Source: Vicugna vicugna
Taxonomy: Eukaryota
DNA: 64,000 nucleotides
Assembly: GCA_013265495.1 (NCBI GenBank)
Contig: MU058009.1
Location: 2,730,001-2,794,000, forward strand
Reading direction: 5' to 3'
The position numbers and the translations under genes were made by a program. Of the stretch, positions 1-12,613 are shown in pieces. The notes below the pieces were generated by a model, which was given only the letters and a program-made list of their open reading frames with translations, was not told where the DNA came from and did not search any database. Numbering within the stretch: the stretch's first letter is position 1; each line of letters starts with the position of its first letter.

Positions 1-3000
1 AAGTGAGACCTGCCCAAAGCTGATCTGAGCCAGTCTCTTTCTCCTCGGTCCACACGGAAGCCCCTGCCACGTCAGTCAGTGGGTTTGAATGCTCACAGGT
101 GTCACACGGTCGTACCTGGGAGGCTGGGGGTGCTGTGGGCGGAGCCCCAGCTCTGGAGAGGAATTACACAGACGCACCTGGCACATCCCCGCCCGGCCGG
201 AGGAGCCAGTGCTGTTTTCCGTGCGTGTGCACGCGGCCCCGGCTGAATCTCACCCTTTCCCCGCATCTTCCGTGCTGTACGGAACTCTCTCGAAGGCACC
301 TGGTAGGATTTCCCAGGGCAGTCGTGCCTGTCCCTCTCTGTCAGGGAGTTCTTAGGGGAAGAGCAACTGTCCTACTGAGGCCACTTCTGTTTCCTGGTGA
401 ATGCAGACCCGCTGACAGCACATGCCTGGTACCCAGGCTCAGTGTGTGCAGGGCTGTGTGTGCAGTCGGCCCCACCGTAGGAAACGATGTGTCTGGGTAC
501 TGGACACATGCAAGGCCTCTTAAACGCATCTTAAACTTAGACAGAAGCCAAAAATCTGGACACAGAGAAAGAGCTCAGCTCTATGAAAAAGTTAAACCTA
601 CAACTGCTGCCAGTGCCTGGCCCTCAAGCTCAGTTTCTAACTTAGGGCAGCCCGCCCCTTGGCTTGTGTTGGGGAAACAGACTTCCCCGAGTTTGTCCAG
701 GAAAAGCCGTCTCACACGTGGAAACAAACTTCCTCCAGTTTCTCTACTTCTCTCTTTATAATCTCCTGGCGCTGCCTGTTCTGCTTGGGCGTCTTCCTGG
801 AGAGATGTGGGTGGGGACCACGGCCTCCCCGACAGACGGGCCAGGCGGCGCCCCTGCACTCGCGGCCCCCTCCGCCTGCAGCGCTCCTGCCGTCACCTGC
901 CTGGGCCTGGCTTCATTCGCTCACTTCGGCCTCCGTACCTAGTCGCCCCCCTGCCCACTCACTGCATCCATCTTGTTTGTTGCCAGTCACTCTCCTTTCC
1001 CCACTCCTTCCTCCACGAGGGCAAGACTTCTGTTCTGTTCGATGCTGTATCTGAGTGTCTTGTGTAGCACACAGTCTACGGAGGGGAGGAGGAGAAGGAA
1101 CTGTAAGCAGCAGAGTGAGGCAGGACATGAAAAATGCCTTTGGGATTTTCAACCCCACCAACCTGGCTTAGCAGGAGCCAGGCTCTGCTAGAAATCGGCC
1201 ACCCAGCTAAGCAACTACACCTGCATGACTGTTCCCAGGGGAAAAAAGCTCTCTCCTCACCACCCTAAACTGAACTCAACTCTGGGCCTAGGCTCAGAAC
1301 TTCGCCTAATTCTTACCCTGTTCTGTCAAGGACACAGAGTTCTCTCCCTGAAAAGCAGAGGGAGTTTGCCTGAGAATTCGACAAGGTCAAGTAAGCAAAT
1401 ATCTCGAGGCCTCAGGAGGGAGCAGATGTCTGCTGTTCAGAGACGAGATGTGGTCTTAAGATCACAGGCCCATGTCTCACCCAGCCCCTGCTGGACCCCT
1501 GCTCTGCACCCTGCCCCGTGTCCCCTCCTCTGGGCTCTCCCCTGACTGCAGACCCCTCAGTCACCTCTCTTCAGTCTGTGCCTCCCCCTCAGCTGCGTCC
1601 TGCCTGCTCCTGCCCCCGAGCAAGCTCGGATGAAGCTGGCCCTCGGCCTGAGAACATGAGCTGCCCCTGCTTCCTGCCACGTTCTTCAGGCCTCCTCTGC
1701 TCCGGTCCCAGGCCTCTGCTGTACGTTTTCTCCCGTCTTTCCTTTCGGGGATCCTGTAACTCTCAGCAAGTCAAACCACCTTCACTCCCTGGACACCTGG
1801 CCTCCTGTGCGCGATGTTGTTTCCTGGGTGCCTCCAGCCCCACCCCATTTCTGCTGGTACAAATCCTACTCTACAAGCAAGACACAGCTCACGTGTTCCT
1901 CCCGCCCACTGCCTGCCCGGGTCCCTCCACCCAGATCTTGCCCTCCAAGTTTTCAAAGCACCTTTTTGGTGTTTCTCTCATGACAATCAGTTATTTCTAC
2001 ATTAGTTTTATTTCTATACTTCCTCTTTACTTTGGAACATCACGGTAAAAGAGACAGGCATGGCCCCAGGCCTAATGGAACTTAATCTAATGAAGCCCAG
2101 CTGATTCTCGGTGATCAACGATCAATGTAATAGAAGGACAGGATGCAGCGGGAACCTAACAGGAAGTCCCAACCCAGCGTGGGGGGCTCTGGGATTGCTT
2201 CTTTTGGGAGTGGCACTTAGACATGGACGGTATGGATGAGTCAACCAGGGCAAGGGAGGAAAAGGACAGGACCAGTGTCAGAGGACAGTCTGGGGAGCTC
2301 TGGCCAGGCTCAGGGCAGCTGTTCTGAGGACTGGATTCACAGTTAATACTTGTTCGTAATCCCATACAGCCTTACACTTCAGACCTTCATTTAAAAATGA
2401 GTAAAATTCTGACATATATGTTGAAGTGACGGGGACATGGTGCTCGGTGTTCCGTCCTAAAACCCCCAGTGAGCACCCTGAGCATCTGGTAAACTGAGCT
2501 TATGACTGCTGGCAACGTTCATTACTCATTCGACACTTTGAGATCTACGGTGTGCCCAGCGCCGCAGGGGAGATACACACCGAAGACAGTCCCTGGTGCC
2601 AGGAACTAAGTTGGGTGAGGGGGCACTGGTAATGGCGGACAAGACTTGGTAAGTGGTTACTATACACTGGCTGCTGCTCTAAGCACTTCACAGAGAATTC
2701 ATTGAATTCTCACAACTACCTCATGAGGTGGAGTTAGAAGACAGCGTGACTGAGAAGCGGTTTGGTGGAGCTAAACAAAATCTGCTGGGGGAACAGACAG
2801 GAGGGATCGTAACCCCAAAGTGGAGGCAGGTGGCAGGTGGGAGTGGGGCTGAGGGGTGGGTTCCTAGAGGAGGTGATGACTTATCTGTGCTGGGAAAGTC
2901 CAACTGCAACTAGCCAGGCACAGCTGGCTGGGAAAGGGGTTCCGAGGGAGAGGGAGGCAGACTTTAAGCAGGGCAGTGGCCTGGTTAAGAGACGACTAAC

Positions 3001-5354
3001 AGAAATGGGAAGGATGGACCGGAGTGGGCCCGGCCGGAGAGGGAAGAGCAGTGAGGAAGCTGTTTCTGTTACTGGGCCAGAAACAACAAAGGCCTGGATT
3101 AAGTAACAGCGGCAGTGGTGGAGAAAATGACAGAAAGTATTGTCAACAGGGGTGGGAAAGACAACCCGTTACTATTAACTGGCCGTACTAACCAGGTAAA
3201 AGCACACAAAGCAAAGCGCGTGGCCAGTCCACGTCTTCACAAGGTCACATGCGACTGTCTTACACTGTTAAGAAGTCACCCTGATTCTGCTTTAGGAGAA
3301 CTCGGTCCTGGCATAAGACAAAAATACCCACCTGCATAATTTAACTCACGTTTCCTCCCAGAATTACCCTACCTCAAGGGTCTCCCCAAATGCTAGTGCC
3401 CCAAAGAACCGCGATGCTGCACTGGCGGACCTTCCCGTCACCGGGTCTGAGACAGGCTCTACCAGCCCAAGCCCCGAGGCCCAGCCCTGTGGTGCCTGGA
3501 GGTTCCAGGTGGACCCGATGCCTTTTAATCACCAGCAGGAGGAGCACTAACTACCTGTGTGGACCACACACCTATTAGCATGTCACTGAGTTTTTGAAGA
3601 TCAACTCACTCATGGCGCTATTTTATAAACTGTAGGACTGACTGAGAAGGAATTTTTACTAATCTTGTAGGTAGACTCATTTGCAGTCAATAAAGAATTC
3701 TGTTCCTAGACAAAGGTGACCAGGTACACATATGAACTGCTGATGCCGAGCTGCCAGAGAGCACCCCTGCCTCAGTCCCTAAGTTAAGACAGACGAGTGG
3801 AGTTTCATTTTGCTGTGGTCGTTTCTCATGTTCTACAGCAACTTTCCCACAGAGGGTCTCCAGGCGGCAAGAAACATCGACAGAGGCCGTTCACTTGAGA
3901 CTGGTCCCTCACCGAGTGTGTGTGCTGCTAAGCCTGTCTGACTCTTTGGGTTCTCTGGCCAATGAGACTCACTCCTTCACTTAAATGACTCCAGCCAAAG
4001 GCAGCAGATATGTTAGCGGTGGAAAAAAAGTAGGAAAAGATAGAAGAGTGTAAGGTTGTGTGGAAGCCCTGCAAAACGGTTCTAAAGCCAACTCTGCCCA
4101 AAGCTTCTGCAATGGCTTGTCTGCTGATTTATAAATGGGTGGGTATAGAAATACAAATTTCTTCAGTAAAAAAAATTCAAGTAAATGAATCACAGTTTGA
4201 GAAAACAATAAAACAGCTTTCTCTTTGTCCCCATGGCTCTTCAAACTCTAATTCTCATCAGTCTGCTGATACGGAAGTTCTTTCTGGACTGACTCTGCCC
4301 TGTCTTTGTCAGTTTTCCCGTCTGCAGAAAAGTTTACTCACGTGAAAAATGAACTACATTACATTCTGGGATCTGATGTTTATGAGCAAGTTTCCCCTAC
4401 TGAAAACTCTTGGTATTCTGGAGGTTTCTCACTTTAGTACTTACAACAAACATTCTGAAGAGAACACCCGAACTCTTAACCCCAGCACCACGCGCTGGGG
4501 AGACGCACACCTTCCGGTATTACCTTCAGTTTCACTCTCTGAGAGTGTTTTCTGTCTGTAATTCACATGCAATTCAAACCTATAGCACATGATTACTTAA
4601 ACTTCTGCACTCTGCATCCATATAGATCATCTGTGGCTGAGGTCAATGAGAATCCCAACACACTATGTTGACTCTGAATGGTTTAATAAACTGTTGTTAA
4701 AAACTCTCGACACGCTCACTGAATGACTGAGAATGCACCTTAAAAATTTACCCTCTTCCTCCCTGAACTTAATTAAAGTGATCCTGGCAGCTTGGGGTCT
4801 GGAGCAATTGAAACTATTTCCTTTGCCTGTCACTCTGTCTATCGACATTTATTGTCAGAATCACAGCTAGATGAGTCTGCAGTTAGAACACCCTTCCTTC
4901 TGGCTCTCACAGGCGCGTCACCTATGCAGTGAGATGCTTTCCCCAGGAAGTGCCCGTCCTCTACATCCTGATTGTAAGCTATTACTGAAGTATCACCAGG
5001 AGGTCTCTAGTTAATGAAGTGTGACCTCAGCAAGAGTCAGGGCAACTTCCACAGAGGTAACCCACCACCGAGGACAGCAGCTCTGCACAATCACCTGGTC
5101 CCACAGCTCCAGCGCTTGATGACATTCTCTAACTGGCCTCCTTTAAGTCCCTCTTCAACCTCAGGGATGGTGTTTGTGGAACCTTTGCACTTGCAGCTCT
5201 TTTCTTACCTGCCTGGGAAGCTGCCGCGTGTTGTCTCACACGATCCTCTCTAGTCAGCACACACTCAGTGGACGCTTCCTTAGGTAACGCGTTATTCTGA
5301 TGACTTTTCTTACCCACTTGACCTCAGTCAACACCACCAATGCTTCCTTCCAGC

Positions 5355-5511
5355 CAACAATAAATAACAACAGCATGAAGTTTTACTTCATAAAGCATTA
5401 ATAAGATATTTTAATGAGGGGAAAAAACCCCAAATCTTAGTCTTATGTTTCTATTCAAAGACACTCAAAACTATGTTTTCCCTGCCCATTCCTTCTAAGT
5501 GAAACTTTATT
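5355..5511 (-). terminator. ZBTB44 distal polyadenylation region
   Basis: Minus-strand AATAAA at 5511-5506 and ATTAAA at 5415-5410. A GU/U-rich element (tgctgttgttatttattgttgg) follows at about 5375-5354, with several TGTA motifs upstream. GC content rises beyond this point. Confidence 0.6.
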
Positions 5512-8500
5512 TGTGACCATGTAATAAAGGCCAGTTTAAAGTTTTTTTTTTTAAAGTTTAAACCTTTTTTAAAAAGATTAAACAACCAGGCTAGCAAAAA
5601 AGTACTCAATACATACTTCCCTTATATCAAACCAGCTAATATTTCAGTACAAGGTAACTATACAGGATATGTACAATACACACAGATTATTCACAAAGCA
5701 AACACTACGGCTCAGAACCGATCGGAAAACCATGATATTCACATTGATTACAGTGACTCTAAAAATGACTGTAACATTGAAACGGCACTTAGTATACAAA
5801 AAGTCACAAAAATATATATATATATATGTAGTCACCAAGAACTACAGTTCCTGTAAAATACTAATAGCCAGATACTAGTATATAAAATGTGAAGTTCTGA
5901 CATCATATACATTGTTAGGAAATAAAACAAAATCCAAAACCATTTTTGTTACTGCTTGAAGTCAAACATGCCAAGTAACTTAGCTATGGCCACTGTCACC
6001 AAGTAAAGCCAAACCTGAATGAGATGACAACTGGATACAAGGCTGGTGAACCAGGGCCTGGCACAGGTAAGAACGCTGTACTGGTTCCAGGAGAGGGTAG
6101 AAGACATGAAAACACCCATCAGCATAATTCACATTTCTTCCCCAGCATCGCCCCCCCCCAAGGGTTTTACAAAATGCCAGTGCCCAAAGGGAATCATAAT
6201 GCTGTAACAGCAAGAGAAAGAAGCTTCTCCCAAACTTCCTTGACTGGGCTGTAGGCAAATTTTAAAGCATGCATCAGCTACAACAAAGCCGCCAGTCACC
6301 CATCTGAAGACTGGTGCACAGTTGCTCCCTAGGCTGGTGGTACTAGAAAGTACTCCAGCTTTTAAATGGAGCCAGATTTATATGTTAGCTCTGTAAAATA
6401 TGGAGTTACTGTAGCAGCAAATATGAAATTACAGGAACAAAAACAATTTTATTTAAAAATTCATTTCTGTTACATTAAAACAATTTTTTCCCCTTCACAT
6501 CTGTTTCCTTTAACCAGACATCAATTTCTTCTATCACTGAATTATGGTCTATTAACTCAATTTGACTTTTTCATTATGTTGCTGTGGAAAAAAAAAGTTC
6601 TAATCCTGGAAAGTTTAAATTTGCTCTTAAAAATGGGAATACAGGAATTTTAAAGGTAAAAAAAAGTCTGTTCTAGAATTATCTCTCACAAATATATATA
6701 TTTAAATATTAAAATAGGCTACCTAGGATTTTTATAAAATGGCTTTTGAAAAGATAGCAGAGGCAAAAAGAAGCCATATACTATCTTCCAACTGGACATA
6801 AGGTGCCACAAGTGCCTTACGAAGAGGCAGGCAATCTCTATCTGATGCGAAGGAGGCACCAGCAACAACTGAAAGATCAAATATATTATTGGGACCTGGA
6901 TCAAAACCAAATTTCACTCTATTAGAGACTTCTTTTTAAAAAATATCTTGACAATAAATGCATTAGAAGCCATCACTTTGTGTAAGGAAGAAAATGAATA
7001 CAGTTTATGATCTTACTCCTTCCAAATACCTGATGGCATTCACTTCAGGCACCTGAAAAGATGAACAGCAGTGCAACTTTCAATAGTTCAGTGGACTACT
7101 CTCAGTATGAGAGACTTCACACAGCACGTGTCAGCTTGAAAACTAAACTGGTAACTGAAATAGAAGAAAGCTCTTTAAGAAAACACACTTCTAACCTAGT
7201 CATAGAAAAGGTTCTTTCTAGAAAAAGCAGGTCTTTCTGGGAACTACACAAAAGGCTTCCCATCTATAAACGAACACAGCTCCCACTAATACCAAGGAAA
7301 TAGTGTGTGTTTAGAGGAGATGATGGCTCTTCTTAACGTAGGGAAGATTTATCCTTCCTCACCAGGTGATACACTTTGGTAGCCTCGACATTCATTTACA
7401 GGATGATTTTTAAACTTATTTAATTGAATAATGAAATCTGGATATGATTAGACTGGTGTTTGGGAAAACAAGGACAATTTAATAAAAGTCATGACACTGT
7501 AGGCCCTCAAACCATCAAGCAGCAATTTTATCAATAAATCATCACATTGAGCCCAGGGCTTTAAGCTTAATCAGCAAAACTAGACATTTAAAAGAGAAAG
7601 GCAATAATCAAAGAATTTGATTTTATAAACCAGGCACTTCAAACTGAAATTTAAAAATTTTAAGTTTAAAAAAATTAAAAAAACAGTTGTTTTGAACCAG
7701 TGGTCTTGGTCTGAACTCTTAAATTCTTTGTAAACTATTACGTACATAGAAACCTCGGTATGAACTGGAACTGGCCTGGCCGCTGTGCAAGGGAGCTACA
7801 TGAGTGAAGTAGCGTAAGCACTTTAAGGCAGTCTAGTTTTCGGATACTGCCAAGTTGAGATGCCAGTAACATTGTCTCCTAACATCTCTGCAGAGACTAT
7901 TTGTAAAGACAAAGAACTAGCCATTTTTTTCTATCATAAAAATACAATCACTATGACATAGTAGAAATATCTAACTGTAGTAGTTGAGTATGAAGTTAAA
8001 AAAAAAAGTACAACTATCATGTCACTAAGAGTCTTCATCCCAGTCTGACACAGGCTTAACTCCCCATCATAAATCTCTACGTATTTATAATCTAAACATG
8101 AAATACCCACAGAACTTCTGCTCCTTAGTTGAACCTACAAATTGGTTCAATTCCACTTCACTGTTTCATCTGAACCATTATTGCTTTTGGCAAATCTGTT
8201 TTGCTGAGGAACCTCCCACATAAAAGTATCCTAAGTAACCAACATTCTGTCAAGCAAAAATGACACTGCAAGATAAAAATGAGTATAGGCAAAATAAGTA
8301 ATAATTTAAATTTTCACGAACTGAGCTTAAAGCCTGTCAGAGTATGCTTAGCTATAAGCGTTCCTCATAGACATGTTTACTGTAATAGAGAACCCCTCAG
8401 TTCTGCTCCACTGATTCAGAAAAGGAAATCTAGTTTGTACACATTCTTTCTCAGGAACTTTCAAAATCTAAATATATTATAAACAAATCATCTTAAGCCA

Positions 8501-10182
8501 ATAACTTAATAGTGAAAACCACATTTACTACCTTTTAGCAACTTTGGGTCACTTCCAAAAGTGAACTTTACTAGTTTTTTTCCCTCTCGATTAGTATAAT
8601 ATTTAGAAAATGATTTTCCCTCATTTGCATGCATAGTCCAGAGCTGTAACTTGACAGTTTGCAGATGAGTCAAAATAAGAGTGCCACATGAAAGTTTCTA
8701 ATTCTTTTCAATTCCTCAAATCTCCTTTCAGTTATAATATTATCATTCATCACGTAATAAGAGTAATTCTCTCCACGTGGTACACTAGTACAAACTGCCA
8801 TTATATTATACAGCAATGCAATTTTCAGGGGCTACAAAGCTAAAAGAAACTAAAACATGATCTGAGAATCTTCAAAATAAAAGCCACTGAACTAGACAAC
8901 TGGTCTCTATTTAGATTAAGTATGAGAATAAAAAATAGTAAGAGATAAAAGACTTAAAAGAGTTCATACAGCTTCTAAAGGCTCCTGGGGAGCCACTTCT
9001 ACATCGGGAGAGACTGGCTCAGTAGTTAGAAGGTAACAGAGTTACCAACGATGAGTGCATATTAGATGTGCTGACTAGTTCATTCCTCTTGGTAAAATAT
9101 TTTAACAAAATGTTAAGTTTTTAAAACCAAAGGGCATGTGTTATAACATGGAACCAAATTAGAGTAAGTCAGAACGGTTGCTGAAATGTTAAAATGTCAG
9201 ATTGAATGAGGCTATTTAAACATTTTAGTATACTTTGTCTCACTGAAGTTGAGAGCTTTAAAAACTGGCAATGTAACTAAATATATAACTAATTATTTAA
9301 AGTAAGAATTAAGGTTATTTTAAGTTCAAAGTAGGAAATACCCATTTAAATACATTTGTGGGTGATGACCACCATCTGCGTTCCTATCTCGAAAACTTAA
9401 AATTCAAAAAAACCCAGTATTAACGATTTTGCTTCTGAGCGACTACGATCACTGACATGCTGGATGCTCCCACTGTTAGAAGAAGCAAAGAATGACCACA
9501 GGAGCTGTAACACAGCAAACGTCTCTGCTCACGTCTAACGTATGTCTATCACACCTACTCGGTAGCTTTACAATGAAAAATAAATGCTTTTCTTATATAA
9601 AATACTTGGTTTAAAAAGGCAATTTATCCTGCACCCTAAAATTTAAGCCCTTTAAATATCACAAAGTTACCCCCTTGGGCCTTTAAGAAAGACAGCTATG
9701 CTAAAGTGTTCTAAACTGGAATTTTTTGTTTAGTTACACTGGCAATTTCTAGTGGGTGGGATAATGTAACTGGTTTTCATCTCTTTGCAATGTTTTCCCA
9801 TATTCTGGTAAAAACTATACAGCCAGGCATCCTTCTCTTAGATGAATTTTAAATAAATCTAAATAACTATATAACAATTATCCCTTGTAGCTTAGTTTCC
9901 TAAGACAGATCCATAAGCTAAATATCCTTAAACTGTGTATGAAGGAAATTGTAGAGTCTCACTGAAATATCATATGTTAAGTACTGTACTGATAAGATTT
10001 GGGGAGCAGACAACCAACCAACAGGCATTTTCGCGGTATATTCAAATGTTTCATAAAACTCGGAATCTGTGTAATTTGTAATGACCAATGAAAATCTTAA
10101 GTTTCCATTCGGAAAAACATAGCCATTAGATGGTATTCTGAGAACACAGAACACCTCAAAGGTGCCAAAATTGTGGAGGTCC
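5390..10182 (-). other. ZBTB44: Probable ZBTB44 terminal exon / long AU-rich 3'UTR
   Basis: Candidate acceptor ttttgcattaatag|GGACC at 10182. About 4.8 kb of AT-rich sequence with no recognisable interspersed repeats, ending at minus-strand poly(A) signals. Boundaries are inferred. Confidence 0.6.
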
Positions 10183-11641
10183 CTATTAATGCAAAATTCT
10201 CAGGACAGGGGGTGTGCTAAAAACACTTTTAACCAGCAAATCCCCAAATAGTTCTGATACAGTTTTTCTCATTAACTCAATTTCTTTCCTTCTTTTCTTC
10301 CTTCCTTCCTTCTTTTTAAAAAATAACTCTTAGAACTGAGGGCAACAATGACTCCTGATCATAATTTTACCTACTCTTTGTCTTGTCCCTCTAAGATTTT
10401 AAAATTAACTTTGAGATTTAACTACTGGTAGGCATAATAGTTTTCAAAGAATCTATATGACATCAGAATTAAAAATTTGCGACCTTTCCAGCTGAGACAC
10501 AGCAGCACTGCTACTAACAAGTCTCACAGTTGTGGTAATTCCACCTCTTAGAGTGAAGAAGTGTAAATGGTGGAAGGCCGTCATGACCTGCATATGTTAG
10601 TTCTCCTGAAAGTACTACACCTATGTTTGGGAGCAAAGAGGGAAAAACAGGTTCATGAGTGAGAAATGGACTCAGAAGCAAGTTAAAAACAGCAGAATAT
10701 GGAAAAAACATCAATCTAAAGGTCTTCAATGAGTTCACATCCCTTCCTTTACATCTGTAGGGGATAAAATAAATTACAGAATCAGCCAATTAAAAAATGA
10801 AACAATTAAATAACTGTAACTTAAAAATATATTTTATTATTAAGGTCTAGCACCCAAAATTGAGATCCTGTGTTTTGAGTAAGAAACTATATTTTGTTTC
10901 TTTTTCTCATCTATAATCAGGTGCTTTCATAATTATTAAACTTTGGGTATATACGCAGAAAAAAAGTTACTCCAAAGTTCACTGTTTGTGGACTCATGAA
11001 TATTTAGGATCAAGGTCAGAGATGCTTTAACGGCACCAGAGAAAACGTACACTCCAGTCCAGAGTATCTTGTATATTTCAACTGTAACCCAGGAAGTTTT
11101 TTTTTTTTTCTCAGCAGCAAAAGAGGTAATATTCATTAATTTAAAATTTTTAGTTTTTTTCTAGCCTTAATTCTTTTTCTCCCCTCAGATTTGAGTTATA
11201 GATCATCATTTTATAGCCTCTTTTCATCTTCTACTTTATTGCTTACAGTGTGTAAAAACTATACTTTTAATAAGATATTTGGCAACGTCCAAAGATATTT
11301 TGGAACAAGGACAATGTATCGCTGTCATGTGGGTTTTTTTTTGTAAACAATGTCAGTTGGGTTAAGAATGTAGCCTTAACAGAGAAGTCTTTATTTTGTC
11401 CAAAACATCCCCAAACAATACAACAACCTATATATAAAATATAGAACATCTCCAGTATTTTTTCCTTTTTATGGGATCAGGCCAAGTATAGGCAAGAGAA
11501 AGTGCTGCTGATGGGGTAAGACCAAACGGATTCAGGCAATGACTTACTTAGCCGGGCGTTAACATTCAAAGACCAGGCAAACGACAATTTCAGCCAGAAA
11601 AGCAGTATGTAAGAGTCCCTAAGAAGCTGAGGTTCACATAC

Positions 11642-11734
11642 TGTGCTCTCCTTTCCTGTTATGCACGCTTGACTATTCTCGACCGTGGTTCTTTGCCTTC
11701 TTTCATAGAAGAAAGATCACTTCGAGGAGTGGTA
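11642..11734 (-). CDS. ZBTB44: ZBTB44 small alternative 3' coding exon (exon 7, 93 nt), readable in two frames
   Basis: Acceptor ccctgtacctctgtgtag|TAC and donor CACA|gtatgt. Phase 0 reads YHSSK*; phase 2 reads (D)TTPRSDLSSMKEGKEPRSRIVKRA*. Both YHS and GKEP resemble the human C-terminus as I recall it (...MPVISQYHSKGKEP), which is unverified. Confidence 0.65.
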
Positions 11735-12330
11735 CTACACAGAGGTACAGGGAGTACCTATCCCAATACCAGATTTTCACCATGAAAAATCATAATGACA
11801 AAGCTTTAAAAAAGAAGAATACTTTGGATTTCACAAGTATATACCCTAATAATTTTTAAGAAAGCTTACCATAAATACTTCCAAAACAACAGGCTTTACA
11901 AAAGACTGTAAAATATCCTGTGAACAGGAGTAAACATCTACTCAAGTCACCCAAATTCATTTAGTCATTTGTTTCTGGTGTATCCTTTCATCTCAGGAAG
12001 GTTAATAATCATCTGATTTCTTTTTCACCTAATGATCTGTTGTTAGCCTACTCTTAACAACAGAAGAGGAAACTGATACAAGTTTTTTTAAGTCAACTGG
12101 TTCTCCTTAAGTCTCAAGGTTTCTATTATGTTTCAACATCACATCATTGTGCACTTACAGAAACAATCTCTCTGTCATGAAAAATAAAACACTACTTGCA
12201 GGGCTTACAAAATAAAAAGGGAAATTCTTCCACAAACCCTTTTTTCATTTAAAAAATTAAATTAAATTTAAATGTACAAGACCAAGCACAGGCACTTTCC
12301 AAAAATCAAAAATGAAGCCCAAACAAGAAA

Positions 12331-12613
12331 TTACTCAATAGTTATAGAAGACAGCTCTGATTTTGGGGGGTCATCTCTGGTTGCCTCGGCACAAACACTG
12401 GTCTTTGGCTGGTCTGGCATTTCTTCCTCTTTTTCTGCCAGCTCACCAAGAGACCCCAGAGGAAAACTGCTTTCACAATTCTGGGTCGAGGAGACCTGTG
12501 AAATCACAGGCATCTGAACAGAGGAGCTGCTTTCAAAACTGTGTTCTCCAAGGTCATATTGAACAAGGGTATCTTCCGGCTCCTGGTTTAAGTAGTCCGG
12601 TACTAGGAAATCA
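12331..12613 (-). CDS. ZBTB44: ZBTB44 coding exon 6, acidic C-terminus (SDFLVPDYLNQ...ELSSITIE*); 616 aa in total if read to this stop
   Basis: Acceptor cctcttatctag|TGATT (phase 2) continues the frame to TAA at 12333-12331. Summed CDS 1018+85+164+301+283 = 1851 nt = 617 codons including the stop. Confidence 0.88.

Noticed and set aside
89..2048. ORFs of 130-220 aa at the left end
   Set aside because: No recognisable domain, several overlapping frames and mostly non-ATG starts. Consistent with chance ORFs in GC-rich DNA.
6802..6809. miR-124 8mer GTGCCTTA
   Set aside because: It is on the + strand, antisense to the ZBTB44 mRNA.
5980..7303. Small ORFs within the 3'UTR
   Set aside because: Short, on both strands, with no domain or codon-pattern support.
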